Made by a program: the position numbers and the translations under genes. Below are positions 46,984 to 55,459 of a DNA stretch of 55,459 nt, piece by piece. The notes under the pieces are model-generated. The model searched no databases. It was not told where the DNA came from and saw only the letters and a list, made by a program, of their open reading frames with translations. How positions within the stretch are numbered: position 1 is the first letter of the stretch; the number at the start of each line of letters is the position of its first letter. Source of the DNA: an uncultured Caballeronia sp. (GTDB lineage: Bacteria; Pseudomonadota; Gammaproteobacteria; Burkholderiales; Burkholderiaceae); the NCBI GenBank assembly GCA_940588625.1, contig CALNPU010000001.1:1-55459 (forward strand), read 5' to 3'.

Positions 46984-47827
46984 ATGCTAGAACTTGTGGA
47001 AAAGCATAAGTGTGCTGCGGCGGCGTGCAGCGAACATATAAACACGACTCGCAATCGATCAGCTTGCCCATGCGCTTCTCGGTGTTCTTGTCAGCCGAGG
47101 CATCCAAGGGAAAAGTGCCTGCGTTGTTTTATCTTGCGGGCCTCACCTGCAAGAGACCTGCCCGATCAAGGCCGGCGCGCAGCGTTATGCGGCCGAGCAT
47201 GGCATTGCGTTGATCGCACCGGATACGAGTCCTCGCGGCGCGGGCGTGCCGAACGAAAGCGCTGCGTGGGATTTCGGCGGGGGGGCGGGGTTTTACGTCG
47301 ATGTCACGTAGGAACCGTGGGCGCGTAATAATTACCGGATGTACTCGTATTTGACTCAGGATCTGCGCGCGACGGTGCTTGCTGAATTGCCAGTGCGTGA
47401 GGATCGGTTGGGTATTTTCGGGCACTCGATAGGCGGCCACGGTGCGCTGGTTCTCGCACTGAAGAACCCGGGCATTTATAAGTCGGTATCGGCATTCGCG
47501 CTGATCGCCGCGCCCTCGCAATGCCCTTGGGGCGTGAAGGCGTTTTCAGGCTATCTCGGCGAGGATCGGGAAACGTGGAAGCAGTATGAGGCGAGAGAAC
47601 TGGTGAAGACGGCTTCGAAATTTGAAGCGAGCATCCTGATAGATCAGGGTCTCGCCGATAACTTCCTCGCAGCGCAGTTGCATCCTGAGCTATTCGAGGC
47701 GGTGGCGAAAGCGGCAGGGCAGGCGGTGACCGTGCGCAGGCATGAAAGTTACGACCACGGGTATTACTTCATCTCGACGTTTATCGGCGAGCACATTGCG
47801 TCTCATGCACGGACGTTGTGTGTTTGA
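46984..47827 (+). pseudogene. fghA: S-formylglutathione hydrolase, disrupted
   Basis: YLAGLTC, PDTSPRG, GAGFY, GHSIGGHGA, YDHGYYF. Frameshifts and an in-frame TAG near 47310. Confidence 0.9.
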
Positions 47828-47840
47828 GAGTGGGCAGCGG

Positions 47841-47865
47841 ACGAAAGCGCGTGGTGCGCTTTCGT
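47841..47865 (+). terminator. Hairpin/terminator after fghA
   Basis: Perfect 10-bp stem ACGAAAGCGC / GCGCTTTCGT. Confidence 0.6.
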
Positions 47866-48110
47866 TGTAGTTTGCCTTGATCACGGTTGCGTACCTTTGC
47901 CTGGTTCGGAGGCTGACGACAACCTTCGCACGATATCAGAACAGATACAATTCTCACATTTTCACAGTCGAACTATTTTTGTAAAAATTGTTCGGAAAAC
48001 TAAGAAATTAGAATCAAGCTCTCTCAAGTCCGGTACGCTGATCGACCGCTATGTAATGCGGACCGATAACAGCGAATTCAGGCGGCTATCCGAGCCGATG
48101 AGGGGATGAA

Positions 48111-49415
48111 ATGACTTGTGAAGTTGCGGTGCTGAACAAGCATGCGGTTGTAATCGCCGCCGACAGTGCAGTGACGTATTCGAATGGCTCGCCCGAAAAA
48201 CGATATTCGAAAGGCGGCAATAAGATTTTTCAGCTATCGAATCATCACGCGGTCAGTGTAATGATCTACGATTCCGGGTCTATGCTCGGTGTTCCCTGGG
48301 AGCTTGTGATCAAAGCGTTCCGCGAATACCTCGGAGCAGAGGCGTTCGATCCAGAAACAACTGTAGAAGGTTACGCTCGCGAGTTTCTGGAATATGTGCG
48401 GACCAACCTGGTTTTTTTCCCGAACGAAGAGCGTGATGAGGCATTTTTGTCGTCAATCAGGTCGAGACTTGTGCAGCTTCTGTTGGAGGCGACCGAGAAG
48501 AATCCTGATCTGAAGGATGCGCGGACGTCGTTGGCCGTTCAAAAAAGGGCATGGGAAGATCGCTGCTCGCAAGAACAGGTCCGTCTAGCGAAAATGGACT
48601 GCATGGACGGAATTTCGGTCGACACGGAAGCAGCGGTTATACACGGGTCTCAACGAGATATTGGCGACTGGACCACGCAGTTTGCGTCGCGCCTGGCTTA
48701 TGAAGGCAAGGTTTTCATCAGCGACTTTGTAGACGTGAACGTTTGGATCGAAACGGCGACACGTTCGTTCACACGGGATGCCGATGCGTACGACAGCAAA
48801 ACCGGTATCGTATTTTGCGGTTATGGTAGTGCGCAAATTTTCCCAAGCCTCTTTGAGGTATCGGTGGCGGGGTTCATCGGCGATAACGTCGTATCGAAAG
48901 TCGGGAGTCAGACTCAGATATCGCACGGTCTCGAATCGCAGATTTTCCAATTTTCCACGACGTCGATGGTTGACGTTTTCATTCAGGGGTACGGGTTTGA
49001 AATCTGGATTGCGGTTCAACGAGCCTTCAGAGAGAAAAGCCGTCATCTCGTGACGTCGATACTGACTGAGATCGGCGCTGAAAATGTCATTCCCGATCTG
49101 GAGCAACGTCTGGAAAAAGCAGAAGCTGAATTTCGAGGACAGTGAACCGATCAACTCTATAACTCAAACTTCGTCAATCTGCGGAGGAGCATTGGGACGT
49201 TGCCGGTGGATGAGATGGTCCATTTGGCAGAAACGCTCATAGTGCTAGAATCATTGCAAAAGAAAGTTACATCGGCTATTCAATCAGTCGGTGGTCCCGT
49301 GGATGTAGCGGTAATTACGCGGTATGAAGGGTTGGTGTAGGTCAAGCGAAAACACTATTTCGATGCACAAGCCAATCCGAGATTCGTAGCTCGACAACAG
49401 CAAGCTCACCGCTAG
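48111..49415 (+). pseudogene. Proteasome-beta/Ntn-hydrolase-like protein with a large insertion (434 codons), two internal stops
   Basis: M-T1CEVAVLNKHAVVIAAD17S...NKIF. The same frame continues past TGA 49143-49145 and TAG 49338-49340 through LAETLIVLESL...SVGGPVDVAVITRYEGLV*VKRKHYF...NPRF to TAG 49413-49415. Confidence 0.7.
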
Positions 49416-49426
49416 GAGCATTGGTT

Positions 49427-49795
49427 ATGGATGCAAGTGAAGCCGCAGCGCAGGTGGTGAAATTGCTCGATGAAAAGCAGCGCCTGGCGGGCGCAGAAGC
49501 AATTGCAGGGCCGCCTTTTACCACCTTGCCTTGATCTCGCAACGGCGTCATTGGCGGCAGATGTGAGGGGCTTTCGGCAGGATTCTCAGCGGCTGTGGCA
49601 GTCATCGACTGGACGGGATCAAAATATGGTTCAGCTTTTGAGCGCTTTCTGAGTCTTCGAGCCAATCGCTTATTGGCCGGGGCGCCAGGAATCATCGCAT
49701 CGCATCATCGGAAGGTCCTCAAACATCTAAAACTTAAAAGGATGTTCCAACTCTATCTGGAACAGCGTTTTGGGGCTGCGCTACCGTTTTGTTAA
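49427..49795 (+). pseudogene. Small coupled ORF of unknown function, probably disrupted
   Basis: AGGAG overlapping the upstream stop; ATG at 49427 gives MDASEAAAQVVKLLDEKQRLAG...; TGA at 49532-49534. The same frame stays open to 49795; an alternative frame ends at 49652. Confidence 0.4.
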
Positions 49796-49859
49796 AGTCT
49801 TCGACCGGTTGCGTCGGTGGTCGGCTAAGGTTGCGCTTCCGCCTCAGCCCAGCCCGTGT

Positions 49860-50648
49860 CTAACTCCATCTTCGTCCCAACAAACTCAACCCATACACCC
49901 CCGCCACCAAAATCGTGATCCAGAAGCTCGTCGGCCAGTCGGTGTAATACGCCAGCGTCAATCCCAGCCACGCCTGCGTGAGCGCGAAAACCGCTGCCAG
50001 CAGCACGCCGGTGGACAACCGAGTCGCTATGTTCTGAGCCGCCGCAGCCGGTCCCACCATCAGCGCGAAGACCAGCAAAACGCCCACTATCTGCGTCGAT
50101 GCCGCCACCGCCAGCGCCGTAATCGCAAGGAACAGGATGGAAACGAGGCGCAGTGATACCCCTTTGGCTTCGGCTAGTTCCGGTTGCAGCGAAGCGAACA
50201 ACAACGGCCGCATGATGATCGCGAGCGCGCCAAGGCTGACCACCGCGAGCCCGAGGAGCACCACGAGCGTTTCATGGCTCACACCGAGCACGTTGCCGAA
50301 CAGCAGCGCGGTCGCCTGGCTGGCGTACGCGGTGAAGGAGTGCAGGAACAGCAAGCCGAAGCCCAGCGACAACGTCAGGATCACGCCGATAGCGATATCG
50401 CGTCCGGTCAGTTTCTCGCCGAGCGCGCCCATGCCGATACCCGCCGCAAGCGTGAAGCCGATCATGCCCCAGAGCGGCGACATGCCGACCAGCACGGCGC
50501 CGGTCGCGCCGGTGAAACCCACGTGCGATAACGCGTGACCCGCGAAGGTCTGGCCCCGCAACACAAGGAAGTAGCCGACCACGCCCGCCAGCAACGCGAC
50601 AATCCCCGACGCCACGAAGGCGTTTTGCATGAACTCGTATTCAAACAT
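49860..50648 (-). CDS. Zn/Mn ABC transporter permease (ZnuB-like)
   Basis: FAGHALSHVGFTG, LLFGNVLGV, IVGVLLVFALMVGPAAAA. Intact. Confidence 0.9.
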   Translation of the reverse strand: MFEYEFMQNAFVASGIVALLAGVVGYFLVLRGQTFAGHALSHVGFTGATGAVLVGMSPLWGMIGFTLAAGIGMGALGEKLTGRDIAIGVILTLSLGFGLLFLHSFTAYASQATALLFGNVLGVSHETLVVLLGLAVVSLGALAIIMRPLLFASLQPELAEAKGVSLRLVSILFLAITALAVAASTQIVGVLLVFALMVGPAAAAQNIATRLSTGVLLAAVFALTQAWLGLTLAYYTDWPTSFWITILVAGVYGLSLLGRRWS

Positions 50649-51567
50649 CGTGGGAATGCGTTCCGGTGTGGTGATGAGCGTGACCGTGGCCTTGAGCGTG
50701 GTCGTGATCGTGGGAATGAGAATGGCCTTTGGGACTGTCTTCGTGCGCGTGATCGAGCTTGTCGACTTCCACGTCGCCCGCCATCACAAAGATGCGGCCG
50801 TTCACGCGCATCACGTCGATGGGCGATCCATATAGCTGCGATAAAACCGGCTTCGTGATGACTTCATCGATCATACCGAGCGCCGCACTTCCATTGCCGA
50901 GATACAGCACACGGTCGATAGAGTTGAGCAGCGGATTGAGTTCGTGCGCGGAGAACAGCACGGTAATGCCGAGTTCGCGCTGCACGCTGCGCACGAGATC
51001 GACTACGCCGGTTTGATGACGCGGATCGAGACTGATCAGGGGTTCATCGAGGAGGAGGAGTTTCGGGTCGCCAAGCAGACATTGTGCAAGCAGCAAACGC
51101 TGCCGTTCACCGCCCGACAACTCGGACAACGGCCGCATGGCGAGCGTCCGGGCGCCGACCAGATCGAGCACGCGGTCCACATCGGCACGTGTCGTCGCGG
51201 CGTTCGCGAGCGGCAGGCCCCAGCGGTGCCCATTAGCAGCCATTGCGACGAAGTCGCGGCCGCGCACATGCCGGCCGGCAAGACCGCTGCGCGTTTGCGG
51301 CATATAGCCAATCGACGGATTGCCGCGTACGACTGGCGCACCGTTCACGCGAATTGCGCCCTTCGATAACGGCAACAACCCCAGCATCGCGCGCATCAGC
51401 GTGGTCTTGCCGGCGCCGTTCGGACCCAGCACGCCGATAAATTCTCCCGCCACGACGGTAAAGCTGGCGTCCTTCAGGATCGGTTGTCCGCCGAGTTCGA
51501 GCGCAATGCGTTCGACTTCCAACGCGCCGGCTTTACCTCGCGCTGAACCCGTGTCCGGAGCCCTCAT
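50641..51567 (-). CDS. Zn/Mn ABC transporter ATPase (ZnuC-like) with His-rich tail
   Basis: GPNGAGKT, LSGGERQR, LLLLDEP; C-terminal HSHSHDHDHAQGHGHAHHH. Confidence 0.9.
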   Translation of the reverse strand: MRAPDTGSARGKAGALEVERIALELGGQPILKDASFTVVAGEFIGVLGPNGAGKTTLMRAMLGLLPLSKGAIRVNGAPVVRGNPSIGYMPQTRSGLAGRHVRGRDFVAMAANGHRWGLPLANAATTRADVDRVLDLVGARTLAMRPLSELSGGERQRLLLAQCLLGDPKLLLLDEPLISLDPRHQTGVVDLVRSVQRELGITVLFSAHELNPLLNSIDRVLYLGNGSAALGMIDEVITKPVLSQLYGSPIDVMRVNGRIFVMAGDVEVDKLDHAHEDSPKGHSHSHDHDHAQGHGHAHHHTGTHSHDV

Positions 51568-51610
51568 TGCAACGCGCCCGAAAACGCGATTCCGATACTG
51601 CCACATCCCG

Positions 51611-52507
51611 TCATTGTGTTTTTCCCTGCAGCGCAACCGACAACGCGTCGAGCTGCGACGTCATCCATGTCTGGAAGGTCTTGCCGGCGGGCAGCGTCTC
51701 GGTGACGCTGATGCTCGGTACGTGTGAATCGTGGGCCACTTTCAACATGCGCTTCGTGAGTGCTTCCGTAGCCTGGCTGTTATAGATCAGTACGTGCACG
51801 CGGCGCTCGCGCAGATCTTTTTCGAACGCAGCAATATCCGTCGCGCTCGGTTCCGTGTCGTTCATCGCGGCGAGCTGGAAGCTGTTGTTACGCATGTCGA
51901 GGCCGATCGCATCCGACATATAACCGAACACCGCCTCCGTCGCCGTCACGGGTACGCCCTTGTACTGGCTCTTGAGCGCGGCGACCTTGTCGTCGATAGG
52001 TTTCACCGATGCCAGGAACTTCGCGAGGCGCGCATCGTAGTCAGCCTTGTGCGCCGGGTCCGCCTGGACCAGATACTGGCTCACTGCTTTCGCCACCGTC
52101 GGCATGGTCGCCGGGTCATACCAGAGATGCGGATTGTCGCCGGATTTCTTGCCCATCAGTTGCGCCGCGACGATAGTCGTGCTCCCCTTGCCCTTCGACG
52201 CCGACAGCAGCTTGTCCATCCACGGATCGTAGTCGGCGCCGTTATACACGACAAGCACCGCATTCTGCAACGCGCGCGCGGTCTTCGGGCTGGCTTCGAA
52301 CAGATGCGGATCTTCGTCGGGGTTGCTCAGGATGCTCGTCACCTGGACATGATTGCCGCCGAGTTGGCGCACGACATCGCCGTAGAAATTCTCGGCCGCG
52401 ACCACCGGCACCGCGCCTGTAGTCGCCGTTTGCGCCGTGGCTGTGCCGGAGAAACTGGCAGATAAAAGGGCGGCGCAAGTCAGGATGGCGGCGGCAAGTT
52501 TGCTCAT
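51611..52507 (-). CDS. Zn/Mn ABC transporter substrate-binding protein (cluster A-I)
   Basis: Signal peptide, VVAAENFYG, DPHLFE, NPHLWYDP. Confidence 0.9.
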   Translation of the reverse strand: MSKLAAAILTCAALLSASFSGTATAQTATTGAVPVVAAENFYGDVVRQLGGNHVQVTSILSNPDEDPHLFEASPKTARALQNAVLVVYNGADYDPWMDKLLSASKGKGSTTIVAAQLMGKKSGDNPHLWYDPATMPTVAKAVSQYLVQADPAHKADYDARLAKFLASVKPIDDKVAALKSQYKGVPVTATEAVFGYMSDAIGLDMRNNSFQLAAMNDTEPSATDIAAFEKDLRERRVHVLIYNSQATEALTKRMLKVAHDSHVPSISVTETLPAGKTFQTWMTSQLDALSVALQGKTQ

Positions 52508-52599
52508 GGTGTTTCCTGGAATGAGGGTGAAAAGAGGCCGACGGGTGGGTAGCCGTTCGCGTTTTGCGTGCACGGCTACGACCGCCCGAACCGATTAGG

Positions 52600-52616
52600 A
52601 TGATATAATGTATCAT
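52600..52616. promoter_or_regulatory. Putative Zur box
   Basis: ATGATATAATGTATCAT imperfect palindrome resembling ATGTTATAnTATAACAT, about 95 bp upstream of the SBP gene. Confidence 0.6.
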
Positions 52617-52881
52617 TATATTTTGCACCCGCAGGCACATGACGAAAGCCTTTCCGGGTGTCCTCCGATAACCAGCAAACCCACGCTGGTTAGGGTTTTC
52701 CCGCAGTTTTGAGATACTTTGCGCGCCGCTGCATCGAAACATGGCAGCGTGCCTTGACACCGCTTCACCGATCATTCGACCACGCAGAGAGCAATTGATC
52801 CCGAAGAGCGTTCGCTCACCATGCAGCGTTTCAACCGAGCGTTTTTCAGCAAGCCGAATCAGGGACGAACTGGAGACAGCC

Positions 52882-53657
52882 GTGAGACTGCAGGACAAGG
52901 TAGCGCTATCGTGACGGGTGCGGCCAGCGGGATTGGCGAAGCGGTAACGAAACGATTTCTGGACGAGGGCGCGAAAGTCGTCGTCGATCTGAAGGATGAA
53001 ACCGAGTTGGCACAGCGTTTCCCGGAAAGCGCCTGGCGTGTGCTAGCTTTGAAGGCTGACGTCACGAAGCGCGAGGACCTGGGCGCATTGTCTCGACCAC
53101 CGTCGAGAAGTTTAGCGGCATCGACATCCTGTTCAATAACGCGGCGCTCTTCGACATGCGCCCGATCCTCGACGAATCCTGGGACATTTTCGACCGCCTC
53201 TTCTCGGTCAATGTGAAGGGCATGTTCTTCCTGATGCAACTCGTAGCGCAGCGCATGGTGGAGCAGGGCCGCGGTGGCAAGATCGTGAACATGTTGTCGC
53301 AGGCGGGACGTCGCGGCGAGGCCCTAGTTTCCCACTATTGCGCAACCAAAGCCGCCGTGATCTGATCATCAGCTACACGCAATCAGCTGCGCTGGGGCTC
53401 GCCAAGCATGGCATCAACGTGAACAGCATCGCACCGGGCATGGTCGATACCCCAATGTGTGGGAGACGGTCGACGCGCTCTTCGCGAAGTACGAAAACCG
53501 CCCGCTCGGCGAGAAGAAACGGCTGGTCGGCGAGTCCGTGCTGCTCATGGGCCTGCCGAACGACTTGACGGGCTCGGCACTGTTCCTCCTTTCAGCGAAT
53601 TCGGACTACATCACGGCACAGACACTGAACGTGTACGGCGGCAACTGGATGAGTTGA
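52882..53657 (+). pseudogene. Sorbitol (L-iditol) dehydrogenase, SDR family, disrupted
   Basis: TGAASGIG, NNAALFD, SQAGRRGEALVSHYCATK, GGNWMS. Several frameshifts. Confidence 0.88.
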
Positions 53658-53862
53658 CGGCGTGATGCTGCAAACAAACGCATGCATCCCAAGCCACCGC
53701 CAAGCCGCCGCAGTGAAGATCATTAGCGAAGTTAGTTAAAGCAGCACCTGTATTACCCGAGTATCGACTGCTTCAAGCAACGCACCGATCAGCTCGACGA
53801 TTAGAAAGGCAAGCCCGCAAGACCAGCAGCGCCCGTGCTAACGATAAAGGAGGCGAAACAAC

Positions 53863-55204
53863 ATGAAACGCGCCAACTTCACCCTCAAGAACTTGCCGAT
53901 GCGCTCGCTCGCATTCACTGTCGCCGCGATTGCGCCAATCGCCGCAAAGGCTGCGCCCGTGATGATCGCGACGCTCAACAACCCGGACATGATCGAGTTG
54001 AAGAAGCTGTCGCCGGCATTCGAAAAAACGAATCCTGACATTCAGCTGCAGTGGGTCATTCTTGAAGAAAACGTGCTGCGTCAACGCGCCACCACCGACA
54101 TCACCACGAACAGCGGCCAGTTCGACGTGATGGTGATCGGCACGTATGAAGTGCCGCAGTGGGGCAAGCGCGGCTGGCTCGCGCCCATGACCAAACCTGC
54201 CGGCCAGCTACGATCTCGACGACGTGGTGAAGACGGCTCGCGACGGCCTCTCGTATAACGGCCAGTTGTATGCGTTGCCGTTCTACGTCGAAAGCTCGAT
54301 GACGTATTACCGCAAGGACCTGTTCGATGCCGCCGGCCTGAAGATGCCCGACCAGCCGACCTACGACCAGATCAAGCAATTCGCCGACAAGCTCACCGAC
54401 AAATCCAAGGAACAGTACGGCCTTTGCCTGCGCGGCAAAGCGGGCTGGGGCGAGAACATGGCGTTCTTCTCGACGGTGGTGAATATGTTCGGCGGCCGCT
54501 GGTTCGACGAGAAGTGGCAAGCCCAACTCGATACCCCGGAATGGCACAAGGCCCTCACGTTCTACTCGGACCTGCTGAAGAACGACGGGCCGCCGGGAGC
54601 CAGCTCGAATGGCTTCAACGAGAACCTGACGCTGATATGTCCTCGGGCAAGTGCGCGATGTGGATCGACGCCACGGTCGCGGTCGGCATTTTGTACAATA
54701 AGGCTCAGTCGCAAGTGGCTGACGACAACTGACAAGATTGGCTTCGCTGCAGCGCCGGTCGGGGTTACGCCTCAGGGCTCGTACTGGTTGTGGTCGCTCG
54801 CGATTCCGAAGATCTCGAAGTCGCAGGACGCTGCGAAGAAGTTCGTGACCTGGGTTACGTCGAAGGAATACATCGAACTGGCTGCGAAGGACGAAGGCTG
54901 GGCCTCTGTTCCCCCCGGCACGCGCAAGTTGACCTACGCGAATCCGGAATACAAGAAAGCGGCGCCGTTCGGCGACTTCATGCTTGGCGCAATCGAATCG
55001 GCTAATCCGAACGATGCAACGCTGAAAAAGGTGTCGTACACCGGTGTCCAGTTCGTCTGGATTCCTGCATTCCAGTCGTTCGGTACTGTGGTTGGCCAGT
55101 TGATCGCCGGTGTGGTCCCCGGACAGACGACGGTTGATGCTGCGCTGACGGCCGGCAATGCTGCAGCCAATCGTGCCGTGAAGCAGGCCGGCTACCAGAA
55201 ATAA
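53863..55204 (+). pseudogene. Polyol (sorbitol/mannitol) ABC transporter substrate-binding protein, frameshifted
   Basis: IATLNNPDM, LEENVLRQR, LPFYVESS, CLRGKAGWGEN, PPGTR. Frameshifts near 54195, 54640 and 54725. Confidence 0.88.
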
Positions 55205-55459
55205 GAGCCCAAAGCAACAACTTGTTGCGCCCAATGTAGGACAGCGGACCGCGCCGCTTCTGTGAAGAAGCGTCAAGCGCGCGGCCTGCGCATCATCGAG
55301 AGGTAACACGATCACGAGTCAACTTAATCCCCCCTCACAGCTTTCGGTTAAGCATATCTATTGCATGCAAGACTGAAGCTTGGCTGCATGTCGGCCAAAC
55401 GGCGCATGCCTTTCCACATGGCCGTGTTGCCAGGCGGTGCGTCGTTGCTGCGCGCGCGA

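Larger units (their letters stand above)
47884..49814. other. Lower-GC horizontally acquired islet
   Basis: Spot counts give about 47-53% GC, visibly lower than the flanking genes. CGGTTGCGT occurs at both 47884-47892 and 49806-49814. Confidence 0.6.

Noticed and set aside
47897-48109. 70-aa ORF abutting the Ntn gene
   Set aside because: TTG start with no clear RBS; it crosses an AT-rich promoter-like tract and has no recognisable features. It cannot be supported as a third component.
49143-49340. Stop-codon recoding (TGA=Trp or selenocysteine) in the Ntn gene
   Set aside because: The second internal stop is TAG, and intact genes in the window end in TGA. Ordinary TGG-to-stop mutations explain both.
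55205-55459. Start of the expected polyol ABC permease
   Set aside because: Only an RBS-like GAGG and no recognisable coding sequence before the window ends.

Overview
GC-rich betaproteobacterial (Burkholderia/Caballeronia-like gene order) chromosomal segment undergoing heavy gene erosion. About 25 of about 44 recognisable genes are broken by nonsense codons, frameshifts, short tandem duplications or deletions: moaC, an M48 protease, yheT, azlCD, fba, a GDSL lipase, dacB, a LysR/MFS/M20/HDAC catabolic cluster, a QseBC-like system, degQ, coxG, an NCS2 permease, xylB, an AGE epimerase, frmA, fghA and polyol catabolism genes. Still intact are pglL, waaF, ilvE, pgk, pyk, purCEK, sua5, a complete AcrR-AcrAB-OprM efflux locus and a Zn-type ABC transporter. 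This pattern suggests a recently host-restricted symbiont, for example a leaf-nodule Candidatus Burkholderia/Caballeronia (inference). The most unusual element is a ~2 kb lower-GC islet (about 47880-49815). It carries a 434-codon proteasome-beta/Ntn-hydrolase-like gene (Thr1/Asp17/Lys, SVGGPVDV) with a large internal insertion, interrupted only by two in-frame stops, followed by a tightly coupled small ORF. This is a candidate uncharacterised two-gene system. A structured, terminator-containing leader upstream of purC is also noted. No rRNA, tRNA, CRISPR array or recognisable IS was seen. All family calls come from motif recognition; no database searches were run.
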